Sequence record: MH550421
DNA from: Enterobacteria phage T6
Length of the DNA: 64,000 nucleotides
Strand: one strand, 5' to 3'
Position 1 is the stretch's first letter, and every line of letters begins with the position of its first letter. Positions 20,085-30,422 of the stretch are shown here, one piece after another. Below the pieces are notes generated by a model, which worked only from the letters and a program-made list of their open reading frames with translations, was not told where the DNA came from and searched no databases. The position numbers and the translations under genes were made by a program.

Positions 20085-21853
20085 AAAAGCCACAAGAAAT
20101 GCAAACGATGCGTAGAAAAGTTATTTCAGATAATAAACCAACACAGGAAGCGGCTAAATCCGCTTCTAACACTTTATCTGGACTTAACGATATATCTACG
20201 AAATTGGATGATGCTCAAGCTGCTTCTGAATTAATAGCTCAAACTGTCGAAGAAAAATCGAATGAAATAGTTGGAGCAATTGGTAACGTAGAAAGCGCAG
20301 TGAGTGATACTACTGCCGGTTCTGAGTTAATTGCTGAAACTGTCGAAATTGGCAACAATATTAATAAAGAAATTGGTGAATCACTCGGAAGCAAATTAGA
20401 TAAATTAACAAGTTTACTAGAGCAAAAAATTCAGACAGCTGGAATTCAACAGACTGGAACTAGTTTAGCCACAGTTGAAAGCGCTATTCCTGTTAAAGTC
20501 GTTGAGGATGATACTGCTGAATCTGTGGGTCCTTTATTACCGACTCCTGAAGCAGTTAATAATGATCCTGACGCTGATTTTTTCCCTACCCCTCAGCCAG
20601 TTGAGCCAAAGCAAGAATCACCAGAAGAAAAACAGAAAAAAGAAGCATTTAACTTAAAATTATCTCAAGCTTTAGATAAATTAACAAAGACAGTTGATTT
20701 TGGATTTAAGAAATCCATTTCAATTAGTGATAAAATATCAAGCATGTTATTTAAGTACACCATCAGTGCTGCTATTGAAGCTGCTAAAATGACTGCAATG
20801 ATATTGGCTGTTGTTGTTGGAATAGATCTGCTGATGGTTCATTTTAAATACTGGTCAGATAAATTTTCAAAAGCCTGGGATTTGTTTAATACTGACTTTA
20901 CTAAATTCTCTAGCGAAACCGGAACATGGGGTCCTTTATTGCAGAGCATCTTTGATTCTATTGATAAAATTAAACAACTTTGGGAAGCGGGAGATTGGGG
21001 TGGATTGACAGCAGCTATTGTTGAAGGACTCGGAAGTGTTCTTTTTAATTTAGGTGAACTTATTCAATTAGGTATGGCTAAATTATCTGCAGCAATTCTT
21101 CGAGTCATTCCTGGTATGAAGGATACTGCTGATGAAGTAGAAGGAAGAGCATTAGAAAATTTCCAAAATTCTACTGGAGCATCTCTCAATAAAGAAGACC
21201 AGGAAAAAGTTGCAAATTATCAAGATAAACGAATGAATGGAGACCTTGGTCCGATAGCAAAAGGATTAGATAAAATTGCTAATTGGAAAACTCGTGCATC
21301 TAATTGGATTCGTGGGGTTGATAATAAAGAAGCACTAACTACCGACGAAGAACGTGCAGCAGAAGAAGAAAAATTAAAGCAGCTTTCACCTGAAGAAAGA
21401 AAAAATGCTTTAATGAAGGCTAATGAAGCCCGTGCCGCAATGATTCGCTTTGAAAAATATGCTGATTCAGCTGATATGAGTAAAGACTCAACGGTTAAAT
21501 CAGTTGAAGCTGCCTATGAAGACCTTAAAAAACGGATGGATGACCCGGATTTAAATAATTCACCGGCAGTTAAAAAAGAACTTGCTGCTAGATTTTCTAA
21601 AATTGATGCTACTTATCAAGAGCTCAAGAAAAATCAGCCTAATGCCAAACCTGAAACTTCTGCTAAATCACCAGAAGCAAAACAAGTCCAGGTAATAGAA
21701 AAGAATAAAGCACAGCAAGCTCCTGTTCAACAAGCATCTCCTTCGATCAATAATACTAATAATGTTATTAAGAAAAATACTGTCGTTCATAATATGACAC
21801 CCGTAACGAGCACGACTGCTCCTGGTGTATTTGATGCGACTGGAGTTAATTAA
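20081..21853 (+). CDS. 29: Baseplate hub / tail length determinator gp29
   Basis: 590 aa; ATGA overlap with gene 28. Confidence 0.9.
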   Translation: MKKPQEMQTMRRKVISDNKPTQEAAKSASNTLSGLNDISTKLDDAQAASELIAQTVEEKSNEIVGAIGNVESAVSDTTAGSELIAETVEIGNNINKEIGESLGSKLDKLTSLLEQKIQTAGIQQTGTSLATVESAIPVKVVEDDTAESVGPLLPTPEAVNNDPDADFFPTPQPVEPKQESPEEKQKKEAFNLKLSQALDKLTKTVDFGFKKSISISDKISSMLFKYTISAAIEAAKMTAMILAVVVGIDLLMVHFKYWSDKFSKAWDLFNTDFTKFSSETGTWGPLLQSIFDSIDKIKQLWEAGDWGGLTAAIVEGLGSVLFNLGELIQLGMAKLSAAILRVIPGMKDTADEVEGRALENFQNSTGASLNKEDQEKVANYQDKRMNGDLGPIAKGLDKIANWKTRASNWIRGVDNKEALTTDEERAAEEEKLKQLSPEERKNALMKANEARAAMIRFEKYADSADMSKDSTVKSVEAAYEDLKKRMDDPDLNNSPAVKKELAARFSKIDATYQELKKNQPNAKPETSAKSPEAKQVQVIEKNKAQQAPVQQASPSINNTNNVIKKNTVVHNMTPVTSTTAPGVFDATGVN

Positions 21854-21861
21854 GGAATAAT

Positions 21862-22956
21862 ATGGCAATTGTTAAAGAAATAACTGCTGATTTAATTAAA
21901 AAGTCCGGCGAGAAAATTTCAGCCGGACAGAGTACTAAATCAGAAGTAGGAACTAAAACATACACAGCCCAGTTTCCAACTGGGCGTGCTAGTGGTAATG
22001 ACACTACAGGGGACTTCCAGGTAACAGATCTGTATAAGAATGGATTATTATTTACTGCATACAATATGTCATCTAGGGATTCTGGAAGTCTTAGATCGAT
22101 GAGATCTAACTACTCTTCTTCATCTTCGAGTATTTTACGTACAGCCAGAAACACTATTAGTAGTACAGTATCAAAACTATCAAATGGATTAATATCAAAT
22201 AATAATTCAGGAACAATAAGTAAAGCTCCTATCGCAAACATTCTTTTACCGAGATCTAAATCTGATGTTGATACATCATCACACAGATTTAATGATGTTC
22301 AAGAAAGCCTTATCAGTAGAGGCGGAGGTACTGCTACTGGTGTGCTAAGTAATATTGCTTCAACCGCAGTATTTGGGGCGCTGGAAAGTATAACACAAGG
22401 TATAATGGCTGATAATAATGAACAGATTTATACGACAGCCAGAAGTATGTATGGTGGTGCTGAAAATAGAACTAAAGTGTTTACATGGGATTTGACTCCA
22501 CGTTCAACAGAAGATTTAATGGCTATTATTAATATCTATCAATATTTTAACTATTTTTCTTATGGTAAAACGGGTAAATCTCAATATGCTGCTGAAATAA
22601 AGGGGTATTTAGATGATTGGTATCGTTCTACGTTAATTGAACCTTTATCTCCGGAAGACGCAGCTAAAAATAAAACACTATTTGAGAAAATGACATCGAG
22701 TTTAACTAACGTTCTAGTAGTTTCAAACCCGACAGTTTGGATGGTGAAAAACTTTGGCGCAACATCTAAATTTGATGGAAAAACGGAAATATTTGGTCCA
22801 TGTCAAATACAGAGCATTAGATTTGATAAAACACCTAATGGTAACTTTAACGGATTAGCTATTGCTCCAAACCTCCCTAGTACATTTACTCTCGAGATTA
22901 CTATGAGAGAAATTATCACGTTAAACCGTGCTTCTTTATATGCGGGGACTTTTTAA
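21862..22956 (+). CDS. 48: Baseplate tail tube cap gp48
   Basis: 364 aa; conserved position. Confidence 0.9.
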   Translation: MAIVKEITADLIKKSGEKISAGQSTKSEVGTKTYTAQFPTGRASGNDTTGDFQVTDLYKNGLLFTAYNMSSRDSGSLRSMRSNYSSSSSSILRTARNTISSTVSKLSNGLISNNNSGTISKAPIANILLPRSKSDVDTSSHRFNDVQESLISRGGGTATGVLSNIASTAVFGALESITQGIMADNNEQIYTTARSMYGGAENRTKVFTWDLTPRSTEDLMAIINIYQYFNYFSYGKTGKSQYAAEIKGYLDDWYRSTLIEPLSPEDAAKNKTLFEKMTSSLTNVLVVSNPTVWMVKNFGATSKFDGKTEIFGPCQIQSIRFDKTPNGNFNGLAIAPNLPSTFTLEITMREIITLNRASLYAGTF

Positions 22957-23921
22957 TGTATTCTTTAGAGGAATTTAATAATCAAGCAATAAACGCAGAT
23001 TTTCAACGTAATAATATGTTTAGCTGCGTTTTTGCAACAACTCCATCAACTAAAAGCTCTTCGTTGATAAGTTCAATTAGCAACTTTTCTTATAATAACT
23101 TGGGCCTAAATTCAGATTGGCTAGGATTAACTCAAGGTGATATTAATCAGGGAATTACCACGCTAATTACAGCTGGCACACAAAAACTGATAAGAAAATC
23201 AGGGGTTAGTAAATATCTTATTGGTGCCATGAGTCAACGTACAGTTCAAAGTTTATTAGGCTCATTTACAGTTGGTACATATTTAATTGACTTCTTTAAC
23301 ATGGCATATAACTCATCTGGATTGATGATATACTCTGTAAAAATGCCAGAGAATAGATTATCCTATGAAACTGACTGGAACTATAATTCTCCTAATATTC
23401 GTATAACTGGAAGAGAATTAGACCCTTTGGTTATTTCATTTAGAATGGATTCAGAAGCTTGTAACTATCGTGCAATGCAAGACTGGGTTAACTCTGTTCA
23501 AGACCCAGTAACTGGATTACGTGCTTTGCCACAAGATGTCGAGGCAGATATTCAGGTTAATCTTCATTCTCGTAATGGATTGCCTCATACTGCGGTGATG
23601 TTCACCGGATGCATTCCAGTGTCAGTGAGCGCTCCTGAGTTATCATATGATGGAGATAACCAAATAACTACATTTGATGTTACTTTTGCGTATAGAGTCA
23701 TGCAGGCTGGAGCAGTTGATAGACAAGCTGCGCTTGAATGGCTTGAATCTGCTGCTATAAATGGTATTCAAAGCGTTCTCGGAAATAGTGGAGGTGTTAC
23801 TGGACTATCTAATTCGCTTTCACGACTTAGTAGACTAGGAGGAACCGCAGGAAGCATTTCAAACATTAATACTATGACAGGAATTGTCAATTCGCAGAGT
23901 AAAATATTAGGAGCAATATAA
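22956..23921 (+). CDS. 54: Baseplate tail tube initiator gp54
   Basis: 321 aa; TAATG overlap with gene 48. Confidence 0.9.
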   Translation: MYSLEEFNNQAINADFQRNNMFSCVFATTPSTKSSSLISSISNFSYNNLGLNSDWLGLTQGDINQGITTLITAGTQKLIRKSGVSKYLIGAMSQRTVQSLLGSFTVGTYLIDFFNMAYNSSGLMIYSVKMPENRLSYETDWNYNSPNIRITGRELDPLVISFRMDSEACNYRAMQDWVNSVQDPVTGLRALPQDVEADIQVNLHSRNGLPHTAVMFTGCIPVSVSAPELSYDGDNQITTFDVTFAYRVMQAGAVDRQAALEWLESAAINGIQSVLGNSGGVTGLSNSLSRLSRLGGTAGSISNINTMTGIVNSQSKILGAI

Positions 23922-23925
23922 CAAT

Positions 23926-23943
23926 GGGGACCGAAAGGTCCCC
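23926..23943. terminator. Bidirectional stem-loop between convergent genes 54 and the alt-distal ORF
   Basis: GGGGACC-GAAA-GGUCCCC hairpin flanked by A/T runs on both sides. Confidence 0.6.
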
Positions 23944-23949
23944 ATATTT

Positions 23950-24240
23950 TTATTTACGGAATGAAATGAAAGCAGAAACTGAAGCAACTAAACTGTCTTC
24001 AATATAAACTTCAATTTTTACCGGAGCTTCTGACTCAAATTTACCTGTTACTACACCCTGAAAAATACTTTCAGTTTGTTCTGGCTTTGAAAAATTTTCA
24101 GAAGGAAAAATTCCGAACTTTTTATCTGTTCCAAAAATTTTAATAAATTCATCGTAAACTGCTTCATTAAAAGCATTATCAGCAGGAATAACGCCTTCAA
24201 CTACAAGTTCTTGACCTAAAAAGCGCAAAGAAGATTTCAT
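23950..24240 (-). CDS. Hypothetical protein (alt.-3-like)
   Basis: 96-aa ORF downstream of Alt paralogs; GAGGAA Shine-Dalgarno. Confidence 0.5.
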   Translation of the reverse strand: MKSSLRFLGQELVVEGVIPADNAFNEAVYDEFIKIFGTDKKFGIFPSENFSKPEQTESIFQGVVTGKFESEAPVKIEVYIEDSLVASVSAFISFRK

Positions 24241-24301
24241 TTTGTGTTCCTCATGTTATGTCAGTAAGACTATTATAACACAACATAAGGAACTTGTAAA
24301 C
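24241..24301 (-). promoter_or_regulatory. Candidate early promoter (GTTTACA-N17-TATAAT) with leader for the alt.-3-like gene
   Basis: Minus strand GTTTACAAGTTCCTTATGTTGTGTTATAATAGTCTTACTGACATAACATGAGGAACACAAAATG; matches T4 early promoter consensus. Confidence 0.55.
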
Positions 24302-26358
24302 TACATTTTGAACTTTTTAGACATTCCGTTGATGTTAACCAAAGAAGCTAAGATTTGAGAAACTTCGTTTTCCTCTTCTTTTGATTCTTCTACAAGGAAT
24401 TGATTAAATCCAGTCATTGGACGAACTTCACCAGTTTCCATTAGATGGTCTCCATCATATACTGATTCTTCTAATTGTTCAGAAGGAGGAACGATTGTAC
24501 CTTCGATTAGATACTTGTTATAAGCAGTTTCTTTCATAAAGTACGTACTTACTTTATTAATCTTCAGTAAAATTCCACGCGGTAGAATAACTTCAGCTTC
24601 TGATGGAAATCCTGTTAAATGACCTGGAACGATAACTTTGATTCGCTCAGCTCCTTTAATTACCATACCCACGCTAGTTTCAGCATCTTCATTAGCATAT
24701 GTAGAATGACTACCCATATGCATCAAATCTTCTGCATCAACAGAACCTTCTCCTTCGCCAGAAAATACTTCACCGGAATCATCTAGAGCCATATAGTTTT
24801 TACCATGCTCACCGAAGATATTCGGTTTAAGCGATGTAGATACGAAGTTCTTGAAATAGAACATTTTGTTTTCAATGTTATGACGCAAAGTTTTAAAGGT
24901 AACTTCTTGTCCACGATAAAGCGTAGTTCCTGGAGGAAGAACTGAACCTTTAGCGAATGCAGAATCCAACGTCTCGATGTGCTTAATGGCACGTTCCATA
25001 TATTCTTCACGGGTAGAATCTGGTTTACCCAAAAGGAACGAGTTCATTTCAACATATGAATCTGCACAATAATCTTCAATTACATCAGATTCAGCTTGAG
25101 TTAATCCTTTTGGAGTTACTTCAGTACTTGCATATTCATACGCCTGAGCAGCAGATTCATTAATCAATTTATAAATGCCATTCATTACAAATTGAATAAT
25201 AGCTGTCTTTTCATCTGGCGTGGCTTTAGAACCTTTAACTAAATCATTAATAATTTTCTTAATAACATCAAAGCTATTAGAAATATTAATGTCAGCAAGA
25301 TCGCTTAAAATTTTATCAGTTTTATAATCAAAGAATTCTTTATTCTTTAAATATTCTTGAGAACCTTGATATGTTATATCGCTCTGCAGCTTGATAGATG
25401 GATCACGTAAACGCGCATGGGCCAATGCGATATGATTTCGGAAGTTTTCTAGTTCATAATCGCTAGATTTAAAACGAGAAGCACTCCTCATACCACCGAT
25501 AGCTCCTTTGCCGAAGTTTGAACCAATCTGGATAACGCCAGAGTTCATCGGACCTTCTGCTTTATATACCGGAACTTTAGATTCAAACTCTTGATATTTC
25601 TTGGCAGCGAAGCTATCACCCTGAAGTGAAGCATCAACAGTAGAATATTGAGCTTGTGCTGCTAATCGACGACTAATTTTAGTTTTCTGAATAACAGCTT
25701 GGTCCGTGCGCTTATCATTTTCTAAAGCAATAGAAGCAGCAACAGCGACAGCTTTAGGAACAGCATTACCTGTTTTAACGTCTACATAAACATCACCAAC
25801 CTTTGATTCAACTTTTGTGAATAACTCAGTTGAAATAGGAGGTACACCTGGAATGTCTTCTAAATTGGCATTTTTACGGTAAACCATAATATATGCGTAC
25901 TTTTTATCATAATCCCAGATTTCCTTTAAAAGAACATATCGACCTGCTCCTTTAATACGTACTAAACGGTCAGCAATAACTTGCATTTGACGAGCAGCGC
26001 CATTTGTTTTACTTTTTAGTACGCGGAATAAGCATGCGTCGATTTTATACTGTTTCATTGTTTGAAGAGCAGTATCAAAAACAGCATTAATGACGCCAAT
26101 TGGATTTCCACCCAAGTTTTTAAGCTTGACTAACGATAATTTCTCGTTGACACCTATCATTACGATATGCATCATTTTATCGCCTGGCTTAACGTTTTTA
26201 TTTGTATCACCGCCAGAGGTGTATGTACAAAATCTAAATCCAGGAAGCACACTTTCTTCGCCGGCTTGAATAGCAAAAATTTGTGGTATTTTATGCTTAG
26301 GATTTAAGTTAACAACCGGCGCCGAAGCGCCGTCAAATAATTCTGTAATAAGTTCCAT
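24301..26358 (-). CDS. Alt-family mono-ADP-ribosyltransferase paralog
   Basis: 685 aa; N-terminal about 230 aa colinear with the adjacent Alt (MELITELFD..., KIDAC..., RYVLLKE.WDYDKKYAYI); C-terminal R/S/E-x-E motifs (YRGQ, FVSTSL, SEAEVILPRG). Confidence 0.75.
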   Translation of the reverse strand: MELITELFDGASAPVVNLNPKHKIPQIFAIQAGEESVLPGFRFCTYTSGGDTNKNVKPGDKMMHIVMIGVNEKLSLVKLKNLGGNPIGVINAVFDTALQTMKQYKIDACLFRVLKSKTNGAARQMQVIADRLVRIKGAGRYVLLKEIWDYDKKYAYIMVYRKNANLEDIPGVPPISTELFTKVESKVGDVYVDVKTGNAVPKAVAVAASIALENDKRTDQAVIQKTKISRRLAAQAQYSTVDASLQGDSFAAKKYQEFESKVPVYKAEGPMNSGVIQIGSNFGKGAIGGMRSASRFKSSDYELENFRNHIALAHARLRDPSIKLQSDITYQGSQEYLKNKEFFDYKTDKILSDLADINISNSFDVIKKIINDLVKGSKATPDEKTAIIQFVMNGIYKLINESAAQAYEYASTEVTPKGLTQAESDVIEDYCADSYVEMNSFLLGKPDSTREEYMERAIKHIETLDSAFAKGSVLPPGTTLYRGQEVTFKTLRHNIENKMFYFKNFVSTSLKPNIFGEHGKNYMALDDSGEVFSGEGEGSVDAEDLMHMGSHSTYANEDAETSVGMVIKGAERIKVIVPGHLTGFPSEAEVILPRGILLKINKVSTYFMKETAYNKYLIEGTIVPPSEQLEESVYDGDHLMETGEVRPMTGFNQFLVEESKEEENEVSQILASLVNINGMSKKFKM

Positions 26359-26361
26359 GAT

Positions 26362-28455
26362 TTATCCTTGAACGAACTTGTAAGGCATGTTTGTAATATC
26401 TATGCAAGACGCAATAATTCCAAGAGATGATTCTACTTTCTGTTTAACATTTGATGAAACAAATGATGCAAAGTCAACTCTGTCTTCTATTTCAATATCA
26501 CCTGTCATTGCAACTACTTCACCGGTTTCCATTAAACAGTCTCCGTCATAGATTACCGATTCGGTGAGTTCTTCTGTGGTCATAACTTCAGCTTGAATGA
26601 GTTTTGTATTGTTAGATGTTGTTCCATCATTATTAGAAGCATCAGTTATTTTATTAACTTTGACCATTAATCCGCGCGGTAGAATAACTTCAGCTTCTGT
26701 TGCTATTCCGAGACTTCCTGGATATACAACATTAACTTTATGAGCTCCATCAATTGCCCATCCTATTTGAACTTTAACGTATTCAGGATTTTCTTTATAC
26801 GCTCTTATTTCGTTTGGATTAATAGTTATTCCTTCTTCATTTTTATCAACTGTTAATTCATTGCGAGCTTCTGGTTCTAAAAGACCAATACCAGCATGTG
26901 TAATTCCAAAACGTCCAAAAATGATAGGAGTTAAAGAAGTAGATACAAAATTTCTGAAATAGAATACTTTATTTTTAACTAGCGCTTCGTATATAGGAGC
27001 AGTCATACTTTGAGCACGATAAACTGTAATGCCTTCCGGTATGCGGTCACCATTTTCAAAAGCTGAATCTAAATTATTTATAGCAGATTCAATTTCTTTT
27101 TCACTCATTACATCATATCGTTCTGGATTGTAACGACCTAAAAGAAGATTATTAATGTCTGTATATCCTGAACCACAATACTCTCTAATACCGCGCTTTT
27201 GCGATGGAGTATATTTAGAACCATCACGGGCAATAGTAATATCAATCATTGGGCCTGCACCAATTCCAGAAAAACTATAAATCATTCGTTTGAGGAATTT
27301 AGTTTTTGCTGCATTCCAGGCATTTTTAGTTATTTCTCCCCAGACTTCATCTGGTTGCCCTTTACGAGTTTTATTATGTTTATCAAGCCAATTATCTTTA
27401 TATTCTTCAAAGAATTGATTGACAGCTGCTGCGTATTTCTCTAAACATTTTATTGAAGTAGTTGGTTCATTTTTGATCGCATTAAGAATTACATCTTTAA
27501 TTTTTTCGGAAACTTCATTAACCTCACTTTTTGAAAAGAATTTATAGTCATAGTGAAGTTCATTCGCAGTTCCTTCGGCAATAATTTTTGCTGCCTTAGT
27601 TTTAGAAGCTAATGAATTAATTCCAAGCTTCATTTCTTCTGCTTCGGGAATTAAAGGAGCAGTAGCAGGTTTATTGAAATTAGCTGCGGTAGATTCATAC
27701 TTCTGGAATAATTCACTTTCAAATCTAGAAGATTCCAATGACTGACTTTGTGCAATTGCTCTACGGGAAATTTTAACTTTAACGATTACAGCTTGGTCAG
27801 AACGTTTATCATTTTCTTGTGCAATAGATGCTGCAATTGCCTCATTTTTAGTTACTTGAGCTCCAGTATCTTTATTGATATAAACATCACCGACCTTCGA
27901 TTCAACCTTAGTAAAGAGCTCGGTACTAATTTCCGGAACTCCTGGAATGTCTTCTAGTGATACATTTTTGCGATGTATAAGAATATATGCATACTTTTTA
28001 TCATAATCCCAGAGTTCCTTAAGAAGGACGTATCTTCCACCTGAACGACTACGGATAAGTCTATCAGCAATAACTTGAATTTGTCGAGCTTGGCCAGCAG
28101 TTTTAGACTTAAGAATACGAAGCATGCAGGCATCAATTTTATACTGACGCATTGTTTGCATTGCAACAGTAAAAACTGAATTGATATAATTAATTGGGCT
28201 TGGTCCAAGACCTTTTAATTTAGCAATTGAACCTTTAGCAGTTAATGTAAAAGGAACAATATGCATCATTTTATCGCCCATTTTTAAATCGCGATTAGTA
28301 TCACCTCCGGATGTATAGGTACATAAACGAAAGCCTGGTTGTTCAATTGCATCATCAACATGAACTGAAAAAATTTGCGGTATTTTCTTCTTTGGATTTA
28401 AGTTTGTAATTGGAAGAGTAGTATCTTCGTCAAATAATTCTGTAATGAGTTCCAT
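26362..28455 (-). CDS. alt: Alt ADP-ribosyltransferase (packaged internal head protein)
   Basis: 697 aa from second Met; MELITELFDEDTTLPITNLNPKKKIPQIF...; ART motifs YRAQ, FVSTSL, TEAEVILPRG; directly downstream of gene 30. Confidence 0.85.
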   Translation of the reverse strand: MELITELFDEDTTLPITNLNPKKKIPQIFSVHVDDAIEQPGFRLCTYTSGGDTNRDLKMGDKMMHIVPFTLTAKGSIAKLKGLGPSPINYINSVFTVAMQTMRQYKIDACMLRILKSKTAGQARQIQVIADRLIRSRSGGRYVLLKELWDYDKKYAYILIHRKNVSLEDIPGVPEISTELFTKVESKVGDVYINKDTGAQVTKNEAIAASIAQENDKRSDQAVIVKVKISRRAIAQSQSLESSRFESELFQKYESTAANFNKPATAPLIPEAEEMKLGINSLASKTKAAKIIAEGTANELHYDYKFFSKSEVNEVSEKIKDVILNAIKNEPTTSIKCLEKYAAAVNQFFEEYKDNWLDKHNKTRKGQPDEVWGEITKNAWNAAKTKFLKRMIYSFSGIGAGPMIDITIARDGSKYTPSQKRGIREYCGSGYTDINNLLLGRYNPERYDVMSEKEIESAINNLDSAFENGDRIPEGITVYRAQSMTAPIYEALVKNKVFYFRNFVSTSLTPIIFGRFGITHAGIGLLEPEARNELTVDKNEEGITINPNEIRAYKENPEYVKVQIGWAIDGAHKVNVVYPGSLGIATEAEVILPRGLMVKVNKITDASNNDGTTSNNTKLIQAEVMTTEELTESVIYDGDCLMETGEVVAMTGDIEIEDRVDFASFVSSNVKQKVESSLGIIASCIDITNMPYKFVQG

Positions 28456-28478
28456 CATATCCTCTCTAGTGTTTATTC

Positions 28479-28486
28479 TATTTATA
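28479..28486 (-). promoter_or_regulatory. Candidate late promoter for alt
   Basis: TATAAATA on minus strand about 20 nt upstream of alt start. Confidence 0.55.
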
Positions 28487-28492
28487 AAATTA

Positions 28493-28508
28493 AAGGCCCG
28501 AAGGCCTT
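28493..28508 (-). terminator. Stem-loop AAGGCC-CGAA-GGCCUU upstream of alt late promoter
   Basis: 6-bp stem overlapping stop of upstream 62-aa ORF, followed by A/U-rich tract. Confidence 0.45.
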
Positions 28509-28696
28509 TAATAATCTAGTGGTAAGAGAGTACGGTATATTTCAAACTTTGGACCTTTTTCATAGGCATCAAATGTTTCTGTAAATTTATTATAAGCATA
28601 TGCATCTACAAATTCGAGAACGACTTGTGATACAGAAGTAGAAACATCTCCACCTTCTTTTTGAGCTACGACAACTGTTTCTAAGTAAGCTTTCAT
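28508..28696 (-). CDS. Hypothetical small protein between gene 30 and alt
   Basis: 62-aa ORF, start overlaps gene 30 stop. Confidence 0.45.
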   Translation of the reverse strand: MKAYLETVVVAQKEGGDVSTSVSQVVLEFVDAYAYNKFTETFDAYEKGPKFEIYRTLLPLDY

Positions 28697-30156
28697 AGAC
28701 CAGTTACCTCATGAAAATCACCAAATACATCTTCGAATGTATTAGCTTTAGTTTTATCTTCACGCAAACGAATCGCAATTGGAAGAAATAATTTAACGTA
28801 ATCAGTGCGGCCATCAGATTTTAACCAACCGTTGCATTCGCACTCTAGAATTTTTCCAATATAATAATTTTGGTTTTCCATAATGCGAGTACGGTCAAGT
28901 TCATGTGATTTTACGCCGGCTTTATCTTTTAAGCCTGAACCAGCATTTACCTTAATTTTTCCACACTCTGACTCAAGAATAAATCCACCTGCTTTAGTAG
29001 GGTCTTTACGGTGAGGATAAATTCCTACAATTTTTAAATCAACATCAATTACTTCTTTAAATTTATAGAGATTTTTCGAACGAGCATTTTCCCATAATCC
29101 ATCGATATTTTTGAGAATAATACCTTCAAGACCTTGGTCAATATACTTTTTATAAATTACCTTAGCTTCATCTAGGTTATTTACTACCTGGTTTTCAATT
29201 AAAATTACTTTATCATAGCCTGATGTCATTTGTTCTAATTTAGAAAAACGTACATCATATTTCAAGCGAAATGCTGGAAGACCGTATACTTCTACCAACG
29301 GGACATAATCCCAGACCTGAAACTTCATGCATTGTGCTTCTTTTTCAGAAATGGTTCCCTTTAAAGATTTATTGGCGATGCCATTAGATGCAGTACGTGA
29401 TTCAGCTACTTCTGTGAAGTCTTTAACTTTACTGTTTTCAGGATGAGCATCAAAAAGAAAATCTAGGCCTTCTGGCTCCTTTTTAACTTGCTCATGGTAT
29501 ACCAATTCGCCATCAATTAACACGCCTTCTGGATGAATCTGGCGAGCTTCAGCGGTCATTTTGATTAACTCTTCTTTAAGAAGATCTAATCCTAGATATT
29601 CATTACCAGCTCGTGATAAAAGACGAACATCATCTAATTCATCACCTCTGACTTCAGCAAAGCACCGAGCCCCATCAGCTTTTAACTGGGCAAAGGCTGG
29701 AAATTTAATATTCTTATTAATGCCTTTTTCATCATAAGAACTTGCAAGCATTTGAGGTTGTTCAGGAATTAAACCTGGCCAAACTTTGTTTGCAATAGAT
29801 ACCGAAGCACCGCATTCAAGGTCTCGCATCATCACTCGACGCAAAACTTCAACATCATCTTTTTTACCATCGGTGATGTATCCAGTTAATTCCTCAATTG
29901 CCGCATTTCCAGTCAATTTCCGAGTAGCTAACGTGAATTCAATGAAGTCAAGCATATCAGTAAGAGTCAACATTCCAAAACTCTGGGTAGCAATACCAGG
30001 TTTAGGCCATTTCTTGATATAATACTGTAACCCACGAGAATAAGTCAGACGATATACCCGTTTAAGCAATTCATTATCTTTATTCTTTTCAAGAATTGCT
30101 TGTTTTTGTTTAGTTGAACCAATAGATGCTATTTCGTTCAGAATTTTAAGAATCAT
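28693..30156 (-). CDS. 30: ATP-dependent DNA ligase gp30
   Basis: 487 aa; MILKILNEIASIGSTKQKQAILEKNKDNELLKRVYRLTYSRGLQYY...; adenylation motif KADGAR. Confidence 0.95.
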   Translation of the reverse strand: MILKILNEIASIGSTKQKQAILEKNKDNELLKRVYRLTYSRGLQYYIKKWPKPGIATQSFGMLTLTDMLDFIEFTLATRKLTGNAAIEELTGYITDGKKDDVEVLRRVMMRDLECGASVSIANKVWPGLIPEQPQMLASSYDEKGINKNIKFPAFAQLKADGARCFAEVRGDELDDVRLLSRAGNEYLGLDLLKEELIKMTAEARQIHPEGVLIDGELVYHEQVKKEPEGLDFLFDAHPENSKVKDFTEVAESRTASNGIANKSLKGTISEKEAQCMKFQVWDYVPLVEVYGLPAFRLKYDVRFSKLEQMTSGYDKVILIENQVVNNLDEAKVIYKKYIDQGLEGIILKNIDGLWENARSKNLYKFKEVIDVDLKIVGIYPHRKDPTKAGGFILESECGKIKVNAGSGLKDKAGVKSHELDRTRIMENQNYYIGKILECECNGWLKSDGRTDYVKLFLPIAIRLREDKTKANTFEDVFGDFHEVTGL

Positions 30157-30422
30157 TATTCATCCTTTAGAGTTTGGTTTACAGCTCTATTATAAATCAA
30201 TTCATCATTAAGCTCAGTCAAAGACCTGTGGTACGTGGTTCTAACTTTATTTCCTTGCATCCAGTGCTTGACGTAAATGAAACCTTGCTCTACACATTTT
30301 TTAAAAATTCGTTCGTCTTTTTGAGCTCGGAATTCTGGATTGCATCTAAAAAATTGATTTACGTGACCGTAATCACGTGTAGTATTACCTTCATTTTCAT
30401 AAATAGTGTGAACGACAAACAT
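30156..30422 (-). CDS. Hypothetical protein (30.1-like)
   Basis: 88-aa ORF, start overlaps next gene stop. Confidence 0.5.
   Translation of the reverse strand: MFVVHTIYENEGNTTRDYGHVNQFFRCNPEFRAQKDERIFKKCVEQGFIYVKHWMQGNKVRTTYHRSLTELNDELIYNRAVNQTLKDE

Noticed and set aside
24301-28455. Alt paralog pair considered as an assembly duplication artefact
   Set aside because: The two copies are only moderately similar at nucleotide level and diverge strongly in the central region, so they are genuinely distinct genes.
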